A stretch of 64,000 nucleotides of DNA from Phoronis australis (Eukaryota; Animalia; Phoronida). The translations under genes were made by a program, and so were the position numbers. The DNA lies in NCBI GenBank assembly GCA_002633005.1, contig NMRA01000064.1, positions 752,360 to 816,359 of the forward strand, written 5' to 3'. Positions 40,701 through 52,700 of this stretch are shown piece by piece. The notes under the pieces were generated by a model, which saw only the letters and a list, made by a program, of their open reading frames with translations, did not search any database and was not told where the DNA came from. Every line of letters starts with the position of its first letter. Positions within the stretch are counted from its first letter, which is position 1.

Positions 40701-43700
40701 GTTGCATGAACTGACCCAAATAATTCAACCTTTGTCCAGATTCACATTCAGGCTTGCACGCAAACCATTCACGTTCTATTTTATCGGTTATTTGAAGCTG
40801 ATAGCATGCATTGGTATTTATTTGTTAGACCTATGTACATTGTAGATATGTTCTGCTGGTATGAGCCGTGGCTGGTCTGATGAACAGAAAACGCCGTACG
40901 CATACAAAGGAAACCAATGGGTTGGATATGATGATATAGAAAGCTTGAAGGTCAAGGTGAGTGTAGGCCCGGGACAAGCATTACGTGTGATCAGCTGGAG
41001 TAAAAGTGTAATCATATCGATACACATATCGTTTAATTCGATGTTCTAGCCACTTTAAGCAGCAGAGTATGTTAGTCTCCAAGCACTGAAGCAATCTACG
41101 TCGTGGGTTTTAGATTGTTACATGTACGTAATTCGCCTAAGTTTCTTACGACTTTTTGTTATTAATTCATGGCGTGATACGGGATCTATGCTCTTTGACA
41201 TAATGAATAAGATAACTGCACTAAAGCACAGACAAATTTCTCCAAACTTCTTACAGGCAGTCGCACAAGGTACCTAAACTACACGGTCAACGGACTCATA
41301 AACACGGGCAGGGACGCAGGAACACGACTCACGGACCTGCAAACACCGTCCACTGACTCACAAACACGGGAACGGACTCACAAAACACGATCCACGCACC
41401 CAAATACACGGGACACGGTCTCATATTCACGAGGAAACACGGTTAACGGACCGCCAGACACTGGTCACGGACTCATCGGCTTCCTGGGTCAGCTGATATC
41501 TCCATTTTGTCTGTAAACCGTGTTTGGCGGTCCGTTAACCGTGTTTCCTCGTGAATATGAGTCCGTGTACCGTGTATTTAGGTGCGTGGATCGTGTTTTT
41601 TGAGTCGTTCCCTTATTGGTGAGTCAGTGGACGGTGTTTGCAGGTCCGTGAGTCGTGTTGATGTGTCCGTGGGCCGTGTTTATGAGTCCGTTAACCGTGT
41701 AGTTTAGGTACCTTGTCGCAGTGGAAAACCTACAGAATCAACTCATTGAGGTTCATTGCACATGGAATGTCTGATATATTAATTTTACAGACAAATTACA
41801 TCTTAGACAAAGGTTTAGCTGGGGCCATGTTCTGGGCACTGGATCTGGACGACTTCAATGGGGTTTGTGAAGGTGGCAAGTCACCTTTGATGAACGCCGT
41901 GAAAGATGCCTTAAGTAATAGTTCTGTTACCATGGCAACCTCAAGTAATACAGTGCCGACTCCGGTAGACACCAGTACCAACAGCCAACCTGCACCTCCC
42001 TCAACTACCCGCAACACAGGTTCAGCGTCAGGTAGGATTGTTATGCCACAAATGAAAAAAAAAACTTCCACGTTGAACTTATGTAAGTTTTAGGTTTAGA
42101 CTTCATTTTTGTTTTCTAACTTGGGACACGGCAGAACGAGACAAGACTAAACTCAAAAGTTGATTAAAATGAGAAATTTGTGTGGACGTTTCACCCAAAG
42201 AGTCTTTATTAGTGTGCACGAGGATTGATCGAGTCTGAAATGTTTCCTGAGCTTAAAATAACTTTTTATTTGTAATTTTGAAAGAGTACAGAATGGTTGG
42301 TTACTACACAAATTGGGCACAGTACAGAGTTAGTCCAAAGACATTTCTGCCGAAGGACGTGGACCCGGCTCTGTTCACTCACATCATTTACGCCTTCGCA
42401 AAGATAGAAAACAACAAACTGGCCCCGTACGAATGGAACGATATAAGTAAGTAGATTTAACTAAAATAAAAAATGCATGGAATTTCTAGGACACATAAAA
42501 TGTTGCCTTCATAGCAGCACCATTCCCGGGACACTGCAGATTAATGGAAATAATTCGTGTAAAAGATTCATACGAAATTACTGGGATTCTGAACTGGACG
42601 GGAAAGCTAGCTACTAGTAAGTTTGGTGAGGTTCACAAATGAATGTGGAACCTTTAAATTTTACTTATTGTCCCACTTCAAAGCAATCACTGCGAAATAC
42701 AAACACACTGTTTTCGCTCTCTACATTCCATAAACACTATGGGGAAGCATCCTGTACAAATCTTTGTATCGCATTATCCTTCCGTAGGTTAGTAGGAGTA
42801 CATATGTACTGTAATTTCAAGAGTTCATTTTTCTGTTTTAGGTGTGGGTTATCCAGGCATCCAAGGTCTTAAACAACAAAACCCCAAATTAAAAACACTT
42901 CTGGCGGTTGGTGGTTGGAGCCACGGAACTGCGACCTTTACAAGTATGGTGGCGACTGTGGCAAACCGAAAGACATTCATTGATGACGCGAAGTCTTTTC
43001 TACGTAAACATGGATTCGATGGCCTCGATTACGATTGGGAGTATCCAGCGTCACGTGGTAGTCCCGCTGGAGACAAGCAATTGTTTACCACCCTCATCAC
43101 AGTATGTGTCATGAAAGAACATATAACGTTGAAACCTCCATCAGACAAGTTTATGCCTTGATGCAACAGGTTCCAATAAGCAGTGAGATGACCATACTTG
43201 CTCAGTTGCCTGTTTCTAGAATACTCTATTGACTTTTGTCTATTTTCTTTCGCCTTCCATTCAGAATACAGATGGCTGAGCCTCCTTCACGAAAATCAGG
43301 CTAAAGCTTATCAGAAAATCTGTCTACAACTCTGCTGCAGAAATAATTAGAAGGCAATTCGTTCCAAGAAATGCAAAAGGCTATTCGTAATCAGATTTAT
43401 GACTTTCAGTTTAAGTCAAAACACAGATTATAATGATCTTCTTAAGAAACAGGTACTTGAGGAATCACCAAGTTTTTCTTTAGGGAGTAAAGGTCAAGTG
43501 AAATGACCAGTTAAGCCGAAACAGTAGCGGCTGTGAGCGCTATCTATAAACATTAAGTTACTTCAAATGCATGCCATCCTAAAGGCCGAAGAAAGGTGGC
43601 CCACGCACATGTAGCTACGGACTTCTGCGACCTCTCCCGGACGAAGACCCTGATGACTATACGCACATGATAACCTTGGTGTTCTGTGAGGAGGAGGCCC

Positions 43701-46700
43701 GATCTATGAGGCTTGCGCACGCAGTTTAGGCTTCATATCACTTAATTCTATCTTTTTTTTCAGGAAACGAGAGCTGCGTTTGAACAGGAGGCACAATCTA
43801 CAGGAAAAGAACGCCTGTTGGTCACAGCCGCAGTGGCTGCTGGGAAGTCAACTATAGAAGCTGGATACGAAATTGGCAAAATAGCAGAGTAAGTTACACT
43901 TAAAAACTCTCTTATTTTCAAAAGAATTGCCGTTGCTTAAAAATTGTTCAGTCGTTATCATGTTTATCTCTTCTATTCCATAGGCAGTTAGACTTTATAA
44001 ACTTGATGGCCTACGACTTGCATGGCTCCTGGGAGACAAAGGCAGGACACCATTCGCCACTGTATGCGCGGGCAAGTGAAACCGAGGCGGAGAAGACGAT
44101 GAATGTGGTGGGTTTTGAATGGGGAATGACAATCTGTAATAGAGCTTTATAAACTGGTCGTTTTGAGTTGTATTAAAATGTTGATAGCTGTGTTCTTGAA
44201 ATTAACCAACGAACAGGCGTTTTTACTCTTCGATAATTTCAAGGAGTCTGATACACGTTGTACCAGATGTGCGCAGGCCGCGCATGTGGGGCCATTGCAC
44301 TGATAACCTGGAACTATTTTCATGCTTTATTAATATTAATATATAGTTAAAAACCAAGCTGACGAGCTAGAGACCTGTCTCAAGGTTCTAGCATTGTGCC
44401 TTAGTGGGACTCGTACCCACGACCTTCAGTAAAGGAAGCGGTCACTTATCCCACTGAACCACACTGTCTCCTGTTTCGCAAGCTAGACAGCATTGCTGAT
44501 TTTGCCGTACGTTTTTTTTTTAAGTAAAGGTGAAAATTTTCTGTGTACATGTCTTAACAAAAGTACGATGAGAAGTTGATCTTTTATACCCTTTTCATTA
44601 CAGGACTGGGCTGTTAACAAGTGGTTAGAAGGAACACCGTCCGATAAACTAGTGATGGGAATGGGCACTTATGGTCGGTCGTTTACTTTGGCTAACCCAG
44701 CCAACTTTAAAGTCGGGTCAGCTATAACTGGGGCAGGTACACAAGGAGCTTACTCAAAGGAAGCGGGGTTTTTGGGCTATTACGAGGTGAGTGTGTTGAC
44801 TGCTTACTGACGTAGAGTATGCTTAGTATTGTGTTTTGGAACGTATAAGGGGGGGGGGGGGCANNNNNNNNNNNNNNNNNNNNNNNNNNNNNNNNNNNNN
44901 NNNNNNNNNNNNNNNNNNNNNNNNNNNNNNNNNNNNNNNNNNNNNNNNNNNNNNNNNNNNNNNNNNNNNNNNNNNNNNNNNNNNNNNNNNNNNNNNNNNN
45001 NNNNNNNNNNNNNNNNNNNNNNNNNNNNNNNNNNNNNNNNNNNNNNNNNNNNNNNNNNNNNNNNNNNNNNNNNNNNNNNNNNNNNNNNNNNNNNNNNNNN
45101 NNNNNNNNNNNNNNNNNNNNNNNNNNNNNNNNNNNNNNNNNNNNNNNNNNNNNNNNNNNNNNNNNNNNNNNNNNNNNNNNNNNNNNNNNNNNNNNNNNNN
45201 NNNNNNNNNNNNNNNNNNNNNNNNNNNNNNNNNNNNNNNNNNNNNNNNNNNNNNNNNNNNNNNNNNNNNNNNNNNNNNNNNNNNNNNNNNNNNNNNNNNN
45301 NNNNNNNNNNNNNNNNNNNNNNNNNNNNNNNNNNNNNNNNNNNNNNNNNNNNNNNNNNNNNNNNNNNNNNNNNNNNNNNNNNNNNNNNNNNNNNNNNNNN
45401 NNNNNNNNNNNNNNNNNNNNNNNNNNNNNNNNNNNNNNNNNNNNNNNNNNNNNNNNNNNNNNNNNNNNNNNNNNNNNNNNNNNNNNNNNNNNNNNNNNNN
45501 NNNNNNNNNNNNNNNNNNNNNNNNNNNNNNNNNNNNNNNNNNNNNNNNNNNNNNNNNNNNNNNNNNNNNNNNNNNNNNNNNNNNNNNNNNNNNNNNNNNN
45601 NNNNNNNNNNNNNNNNNNNNNNNNNNNNNNNNNNNNNCACAGTCAACGGACTCATAAACACGGGCACAAACGCATGAACACGACTCACGGACCTGCAAAC
45701 ACCGTCCACTGACTCACAAACACGGGAACGGACTCGCAAAACACGATCCACGCACCCAAATACACGGGACACGGACTCATATTCCCGAGGAAACACGGTT
45801 AACGGGGTCAGCTGATATCTCCATTTTGTCCGTAAACCGTGCTTGGCGGTCCGTTAACCGTGTTTCCTCGGGAATATGAGTCCGTGTACCGTGTATTTAG
45901 GTGCGTGGATCGTGTTTTGTGAATCCGTTCCCTTGTTGGTGAGTCAGTGGACGGTGTTTGCAGCTCCGTGAGTCGTGTTCATGTGTCCGTGGGCAGTGTT
46001 TATGAGTCCGTTAACCGTGTAGTTTAGGTACCTTGTCGCAGTGGCAAACCTACAGAATCAACTCATTGAGGTTCATTGCACATGGAATGTCTGATATATT
46101 AATTTTACAGACAAACTACATCTTAGACAAAGGTTTAGCTGGGGCCATGTTCTGGGCACTGGATCTGGACGACTTCAATGGGCTTTGTGAAGGTGGCAAG
46201 TCACCTTTGATGAACGCCGTGAAAGATGCCTTAAGTAATAGTTCTGTTACCATGGCGACCTCAAGTAATACTGTGCCGACTCCGGTAGACACCAATACCA
46301 ACAGCCAACCTGCACCTCCCTCAACTACCCCCAACACAGGTTCAGCGTCAGGTAGGATTGTTATGCCACAAATGAAAAAACTTCCACGTTGAACTTATGT
46401 ATGTTTTAGGTTTAGACTTCATTTTTGTATTCTAACTTGGGACACGGCAGAACGAGACAAGACTGAAACTCAAAAGTTGATTAAAATGAGGAATTTGTGC
46501 GGATGTTTCACCCTAAGAGTCTTTATTAGTGTGCACGAGGATTGATCGAGTCAGAAATGTTTCGTGAGCTTAAAAATGTCTTTTTATTTGTAATTTTGAA
46601 AGAGTACAGAATGGTTGGTTACTACACAAATTGGGCACAGTACAGAGTTAGTCCAAAGACATTTCTGCCGAAGGACGTGGACCCGGCTCTGTTCACTCAT

Positions 46701-49700
46701 ATCATTTACGCCTTCGCAAAGATAGAAAACAACAAACTGGCCCCGTACGAATGGAACGATATCAGTAAGTAGATTTAACTGAAATAAACAATGCCTGGAA
46801 TTTCAAGGACTCATAAAATGTTGCCTTCATAGTAGCAGCATTTCCGGGACAATACAGATTAATGGAAATAGTTTGTGTAAAAAGATTCATACGAAATTAC
46901 TGCGATTCTGAAGTGGACGGGAAAGCTAGCTACTCAGTATAACAGTCTGGTGAGTTCACAAATGAACGTGGAACATTTAAATTTTACTGATTGTCCCACT
47001 TCAAAGCAATCACTGCAAAATACAAACGCACTATTTTCGCTCTCTACACTCCATAAACATTATGGGCAAGCATCCTGTACAAATCTTTATATCGCATTAT
47101 CCTTCCGTAGGTCAGTTGGAGTACATCTGTACTGTAATTTCAGGTTCATTTTTCTGTTTTAGGTGTGGGTTATCCAGGCATCCAAGATCTTAAACAACAA
47201 AACTCAAAATTAAAAACACTTCTGGCGGTTGGTGGTTGGAGCCACGGAAGTGCAACCTTTACAAGTATGGTGGCGACTACCGCAAACCGAAAGACATTCA
47301 TTGATGACGCGAAGTCTTTCCTACGTAAACATGGATTCGATGGCCTCGATTACGATTGGGAGTATCCCGCGTCACGTGGTAGTCCCGCTGGAGACAAGCA
47401 ATTATTTACCACCCTTATCACAGTATGTGTCATGAAAGAACATATCACGTTGAAATCTCCATCAGACATGTTTATGCCTTGATGCAACAGGTTCCAATAA
47501 GCAATGAGATGACCATACTTGCTCAGGGGCCTGTTTCTAGAATACTCTATTGATTTTTGTCTATTTTCTTTCGCCTTCCATTCAGAATACAGATGGCTTA
47601 GCCTCCTTCACGAAAATCAGACTAAAGCTTATCAGAAAATCTGTCTACAACTCCACTGCAGAAAGAAACAGAAGGCAATTCGTTCCAAGAAATGCAAAAG
47701 ACAAATATCTGGCTATTCGTAATCAGATTTCTGACTTTCAGTTTAAGTCAAAACACAGATGCTAATGATCTTCTTGAGAAACAGGTCCTTGAGGAATCAC
47801 TAAGTTTTGCTTTACGGATTAAAGGTCAGGTGAAATGACCAGTTAAGCCAAAGCAGTAGCGGCTGTGAGCGCTATCTGTAAACAGTTACATCAAATGCAT
47901 GCCATCCTAAAGGCCGAAGAAAGGTGGCCCTCGTACATGTTGCTACGGACTTCTGCGACCTCTCCCGGACGAAGACCCTCATGACTTTACGCACATGGTA
48001 ACCTTGGTGTTCTGTCGGAGGGGGCTCGATCTATGAGGCTTGCGCACGCAGTTTAGGCTTCATATCACTAAATTATTTATTTTTGTTTCAGGAAACGAGA
48101 GCTGCGTTTGAACAGGAGGCCCAATCTACAGGAAAAGAACGCCTGTTGGTCACAGCCGCAGTGGCTGCTGGGAAGTCAACTATAGAAGCTGGATACGAAA
48201 TCGGCAAAATAGCAGAGTAAGTAAAGTTACACTTAAAAACTTTGTTATTTTCAAAAGAATTGTCGTCACTTCAAATTTTTCAGACGTTATCATGTTTGTC
48301 TTTTCTATTCCATAGGCAGTTAGACTTTATAAACTTGATGGCCTACGACTTGCATGGCTCCTGGGAGACAAAGGCGGGACACCATTCGCCGCTGTATGCG
48401 CGGGCAAGTGAAACCGAGGCGGAAAAGACGATGAATGTGGTGGGTTTTGACTGGGGAATGACAATCTGTAATTGTGTAATAGAGCTTTATAAACTGGTCG
48501 TTTTCAGTTGTATTAAAATGTTGATAGCTGTTTTCTTGAAATTAACCAACGAACAAGCGTATTTACTCTTCGATAATTTTAAGCAGTCTGATACACGTTG
48601 TACCAGACGTGCATGTGGGACCATTGCACTGATCACCTGGAACTATTTTTATGCTTTATTAATATTGATATATAGTTAAAAACCAAGCTGACGAGCTAGA
48701 GACCTGACACAAGGTTCTAGCAGTGTGCCCTAGTGGGACTCGTACCCACGACCTTCAGTAAAGGAAGCGGTCACTTATCCCACTGAACCATACTGTCTCC
48801 TCTGTTTCGCAAGCTAGACAGCATTGCTGATATTGCCGTAGGGCCTACGTTTTAGTTTAAGTAAAGATGCAATTTTTCTGTGTACATGCCTTAACAAAAG
48901 TACGATGAGAAGTTGATCTTTTATACTCTTTTCATTCCAGGACTGGGCTGTTAACAAGTGGTTAGAAGGAACACCGTCCGATAAACTAGTGATGGGAATG
49001 GGCAATTATGGTCGGTCGTTTACTTTGGCTAACCCAGCCAACTTTAAAGTCGGGTCAGCTATAACTGGGGCAGGTACACAAGGAGCATATTCAAAGGAAG
49101 CGGGATTTTTGGGCTATTACGAGGTGAGTATGTTGACTGGTTACTGACGTAGAGTACGCTTAGTATTGTGTTTTGGAACGTATAAGGGGGGGGGGGGGGG
49201 CACTGTTTAAGTGTCAATGTTGAAATCTTAATCGAGTTCTTTAACACGATCATCCGCTTCTGAATTGTTCGGGAATCAGCCGTCAACTCAAGTCGCAACA
49301 AATGCGCACATGTGTAATTTTTGAATTCACAACTTTAGGCTTGGTCAAGGTGCTATAGATTTTAGCTCATTAGGTAGGCCAATCCCTTTGAACTCGAGTC
49401 TCTGATGTTTTCGTTATTGTTTTTGGTAAGGAATATTACTAGATCATTAGCTTAGTACCTTAAGTCATTTTTAGGCACTAACATACTACGGAAATGCAGG
49501 TTTAAATGAAGCGGACAATTTATGATAGCGTGGAAAGTTTTGTCTTTTACATTTGTTTCGTTTCAAGTTGCGTTCAGGTTAATTACTTTCATCTGAAAAC
49601 CGATAAAAAGTTACGCAGCAGGTCAGTTTGAACTTCACGAGCTGGAATACGCCAGTGGTTGCATTTTCAGTAATGGGCTGACTTGTGTGATGTTAAGTCA

Positions 49701-52700
49701 GCCCTGCATGATGTACCATCTCTTCGGCGCGTGACCAGTTCGCAGCATAGACTGAACTGTGTACAGAGTATATATTAGCGCTGCATTAGGTGTGTCTCCC
49801 GCGTACGTCTGCTGATTTCTACAGTGTGAAATACTTTTTTGCCGCAGGCGGCCAGAGTCACTGATACCGTCTCAGTCGCTGGACAAGCACCACCTGGACA
49901 TACACTCTGGAACGTTGTTTATCATGGCTTCTCATTGGTTAAAGTAATGAAACCGACGTCATAACATTCAGTCATTCCCACTGGTTGAAATCTGGGAAGC
50001 CCCTTTCAGTTTACTGTTACGTACGTAAGGCGACTACCTTTGACCTGAATAGTTGCGGGCAGTGACCGAAGTAAACAAAATTAAGGAAACCCCGATCCCG
50101 TAGCTGAGCCCATAAATGCAGTACATAGAAAGCATGTGCATGTGGTGGCAATGTGGTAATCTTCCGACCAAGCATGCGCATTGATGCCCACACACGGAAT
50201 TCCGGGTGTCATTCAGTTTCCACAGGACCACTTTTCAGTATATGTGGCGCTGTGTCAGAGGGTACAAGTGGACACAGGGACCATATTGCGCAAATCACCC
50301 GTAAAACAAACGGTCTCGTGTCCTTCGCTTACACTTATTGAGGTGACAGTTCAAACAGTCCTTAACGATAAAGGATGGATAATGAAACGTCCATGAAAAT
50401 CTATGTTTCAGTGAACCATTTTTACTACTCATTCATAACATATTAATTTTGTAGATATGTGACAATGGTTGGAATAGAGTTTGGGACGACGAACACAAGG
50501 TGCCCTATAAGTACGCCGGAAACCAATGGGTTGGCTATGACGACATCCAGAGTCTGACAATCAAGGTATTGTATCTGTCACCTGAATACAGGAACTATGA
50601 ACTAGAATATTGGAAACTCCTTTCAAAACACGATGGAAACATTCAAGTAAGTTGGCTGAGATTGTGTAAAACTTCGAAAAGCTGTGTGTGCATTCTGAAT
50701 GTTTTACGGTAAACGCAGCAGCACCTGACAGCGACTGATACAAGCTAGTTGTATATCATAAAGTAGGACAGCTACGTAGTGGAACCAGTCGTTGTTTTAT
50801 CTGTAAATACTAACATGTTCACACACAGTTTTACAAAAAAGACATTTATGATTTTCCATGCGTAAAAAGTCGAACTTCATAAATGTTCAGTAACGCTTCA
50901 TCTAACTTTAAAATACTTTCAGGCAGAATACATAAAAAGCAAGAAACTTGGTGGTGCGATGTTTTGGGCTATTGATTTCGACGACTTCAACAAAGGTTGC
51001 CATGCAACCAATACGCCTTATCCCCTGATACGAGCAGTAAAGGCAGCGCTTGAGGTTCCATCTGGCGGCGGTGGGGGTGGTCAATGCGAATGCGTTTGTG
51101 ATGGTAATGACACATCCACGATAACTTCTACTTTTCAAGACAAAATGACGACAAAATTGTTCACGAGCACATCGGTGAGTATTTACTTATGCCCACTTTA
51201 AAGGGCATGTGCTTTCAGAATGAAAAGATAACATAAATGGACTTGGTGACCATAAAAGTATCAATTGAACGCAAAGATGGGAGCCTTTGAAATAAATTTC
51301 TGAAGCAGCATGGAGTTCAAGGTCAATCAAAAGTAATTGAAAACATCTATCGAAAATGTTGCAAAGGTAATTTCCCTTCTGACTCGCGTATGATTTAATT
51401 TGTAGTCAACGTCGTGTGTATTCAGCTGCCAAGGTAGCTCATGTGTCAACACCAAGAAGCAATGTTACAATTGCAGCGATCCTCAAGAGGAGAAGGACTG
51501 CACAAACAAGTTTCAAGGTACACAGGATGCTATCAGTGACTTGCCAACTACACTTTACGACCACGTGATTTATGCCATTTTGCTGTTTTAAGCGAGGCAT
51601 ACCATGTAGGTCAATAAAAACATTTTTTTAGATTAACGTCATCTTGACGTTTTGGACCCTGTCAAATATTATTAAAATTATAAAATTAAAAGCAATAATA
51701 GCAATTTTGCCAGAATTATATGTCGCTTTAAATTACCGAGATCTTGGAAAATTATTACCTGGCTATGCACCTGGGCCCAGAATCTAATCTTTGTACTCAA
51801 AACGAACTCGAAATTATTTTTGGCAATTTCTCTGATACTTTGTGCGAGCTCAAGATAAGTGGTTATTATACTGTGCTCGAATACATTATAGTTTACGCAT
51901 GCGTTTCTAGTCCAAGTTTGCACTTGGTGACCCTTATATTCGTGATACAAACACGAGCTCAAACTCGAACTTTTAACCTTAATGTTGGGTTTATCAACTG
52001 CAAACTAGGACTAAAAAATTTTCCACGTACTCGAGCATAGAATAATAAACACTTATCTTGAGTTCACACAAATGTAGAGTAGAAAATGCCAAACATAATT
52101 TCGAGTTCCATTTCGAGTAAAAGATAAGATTCCGGACCCTGGTAAATCTTGCCCCTTCTCAAATCTCCGGGGGCATGCAATAGGTGCAGTCGTTGTCGGA
52201 GGACACCAATTAATCCAAGAACACAATTTTGAAAAAAAAATGAATGCTAAATTGTCTTCGTGGTTACCTCAAGCCGGAAAAAATGAAGACCTGGACAATT
52301 TTTGAAAATGTGATCTGACTGTGCATTTCTGTTGATATTTATAGGTCCAAATGACGTCATATAGTGGCAGATATGTCAATACTAAACATCCGGATATTTC
52401 CCCTATAACGGAAATGACGAAGTCACACGAACAGATTTATGAGTACGGTGTTGGTGTTCATGGCTTCACTGACAACAATAACTGTAGTGTGGTGCAAAAC
52501 TAAATTCCATAAAAATTAAATCTAGCATTGTTCTTTTCTATATTTCTGACATGTGTAGGGGCTAATTTTTGGTGTTTTCCACTTGCTGTTTTTAAAAAAA
52601 TGTACAGTAGCAACCGAAATTGTCACACAAATAGCATGACATATATGTAGCACCATGCGTCTAGATTTGTGAACTGATGTCATTGCATTTCTATATCCAG

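Larger units (their letters stand above)
41282..49203. repeat. 3.6-kb direct duplication (41282-44863 / 45638-49203) separated by a 774-N gap
   Basis: Exons and introns near-identical; both copies end or begin exactly at the gap edges. Confidence 0.9.

Noticed and set aside
44804-45796. 270-330 aa ORFs
   Set aside because: Artefact of the 774-N gap
37552-51174. Cluster of separate chitinase genes
   Set aside because: No stop codon or new signal-peptide exon between units; exon G1 splices in phase to exon A2
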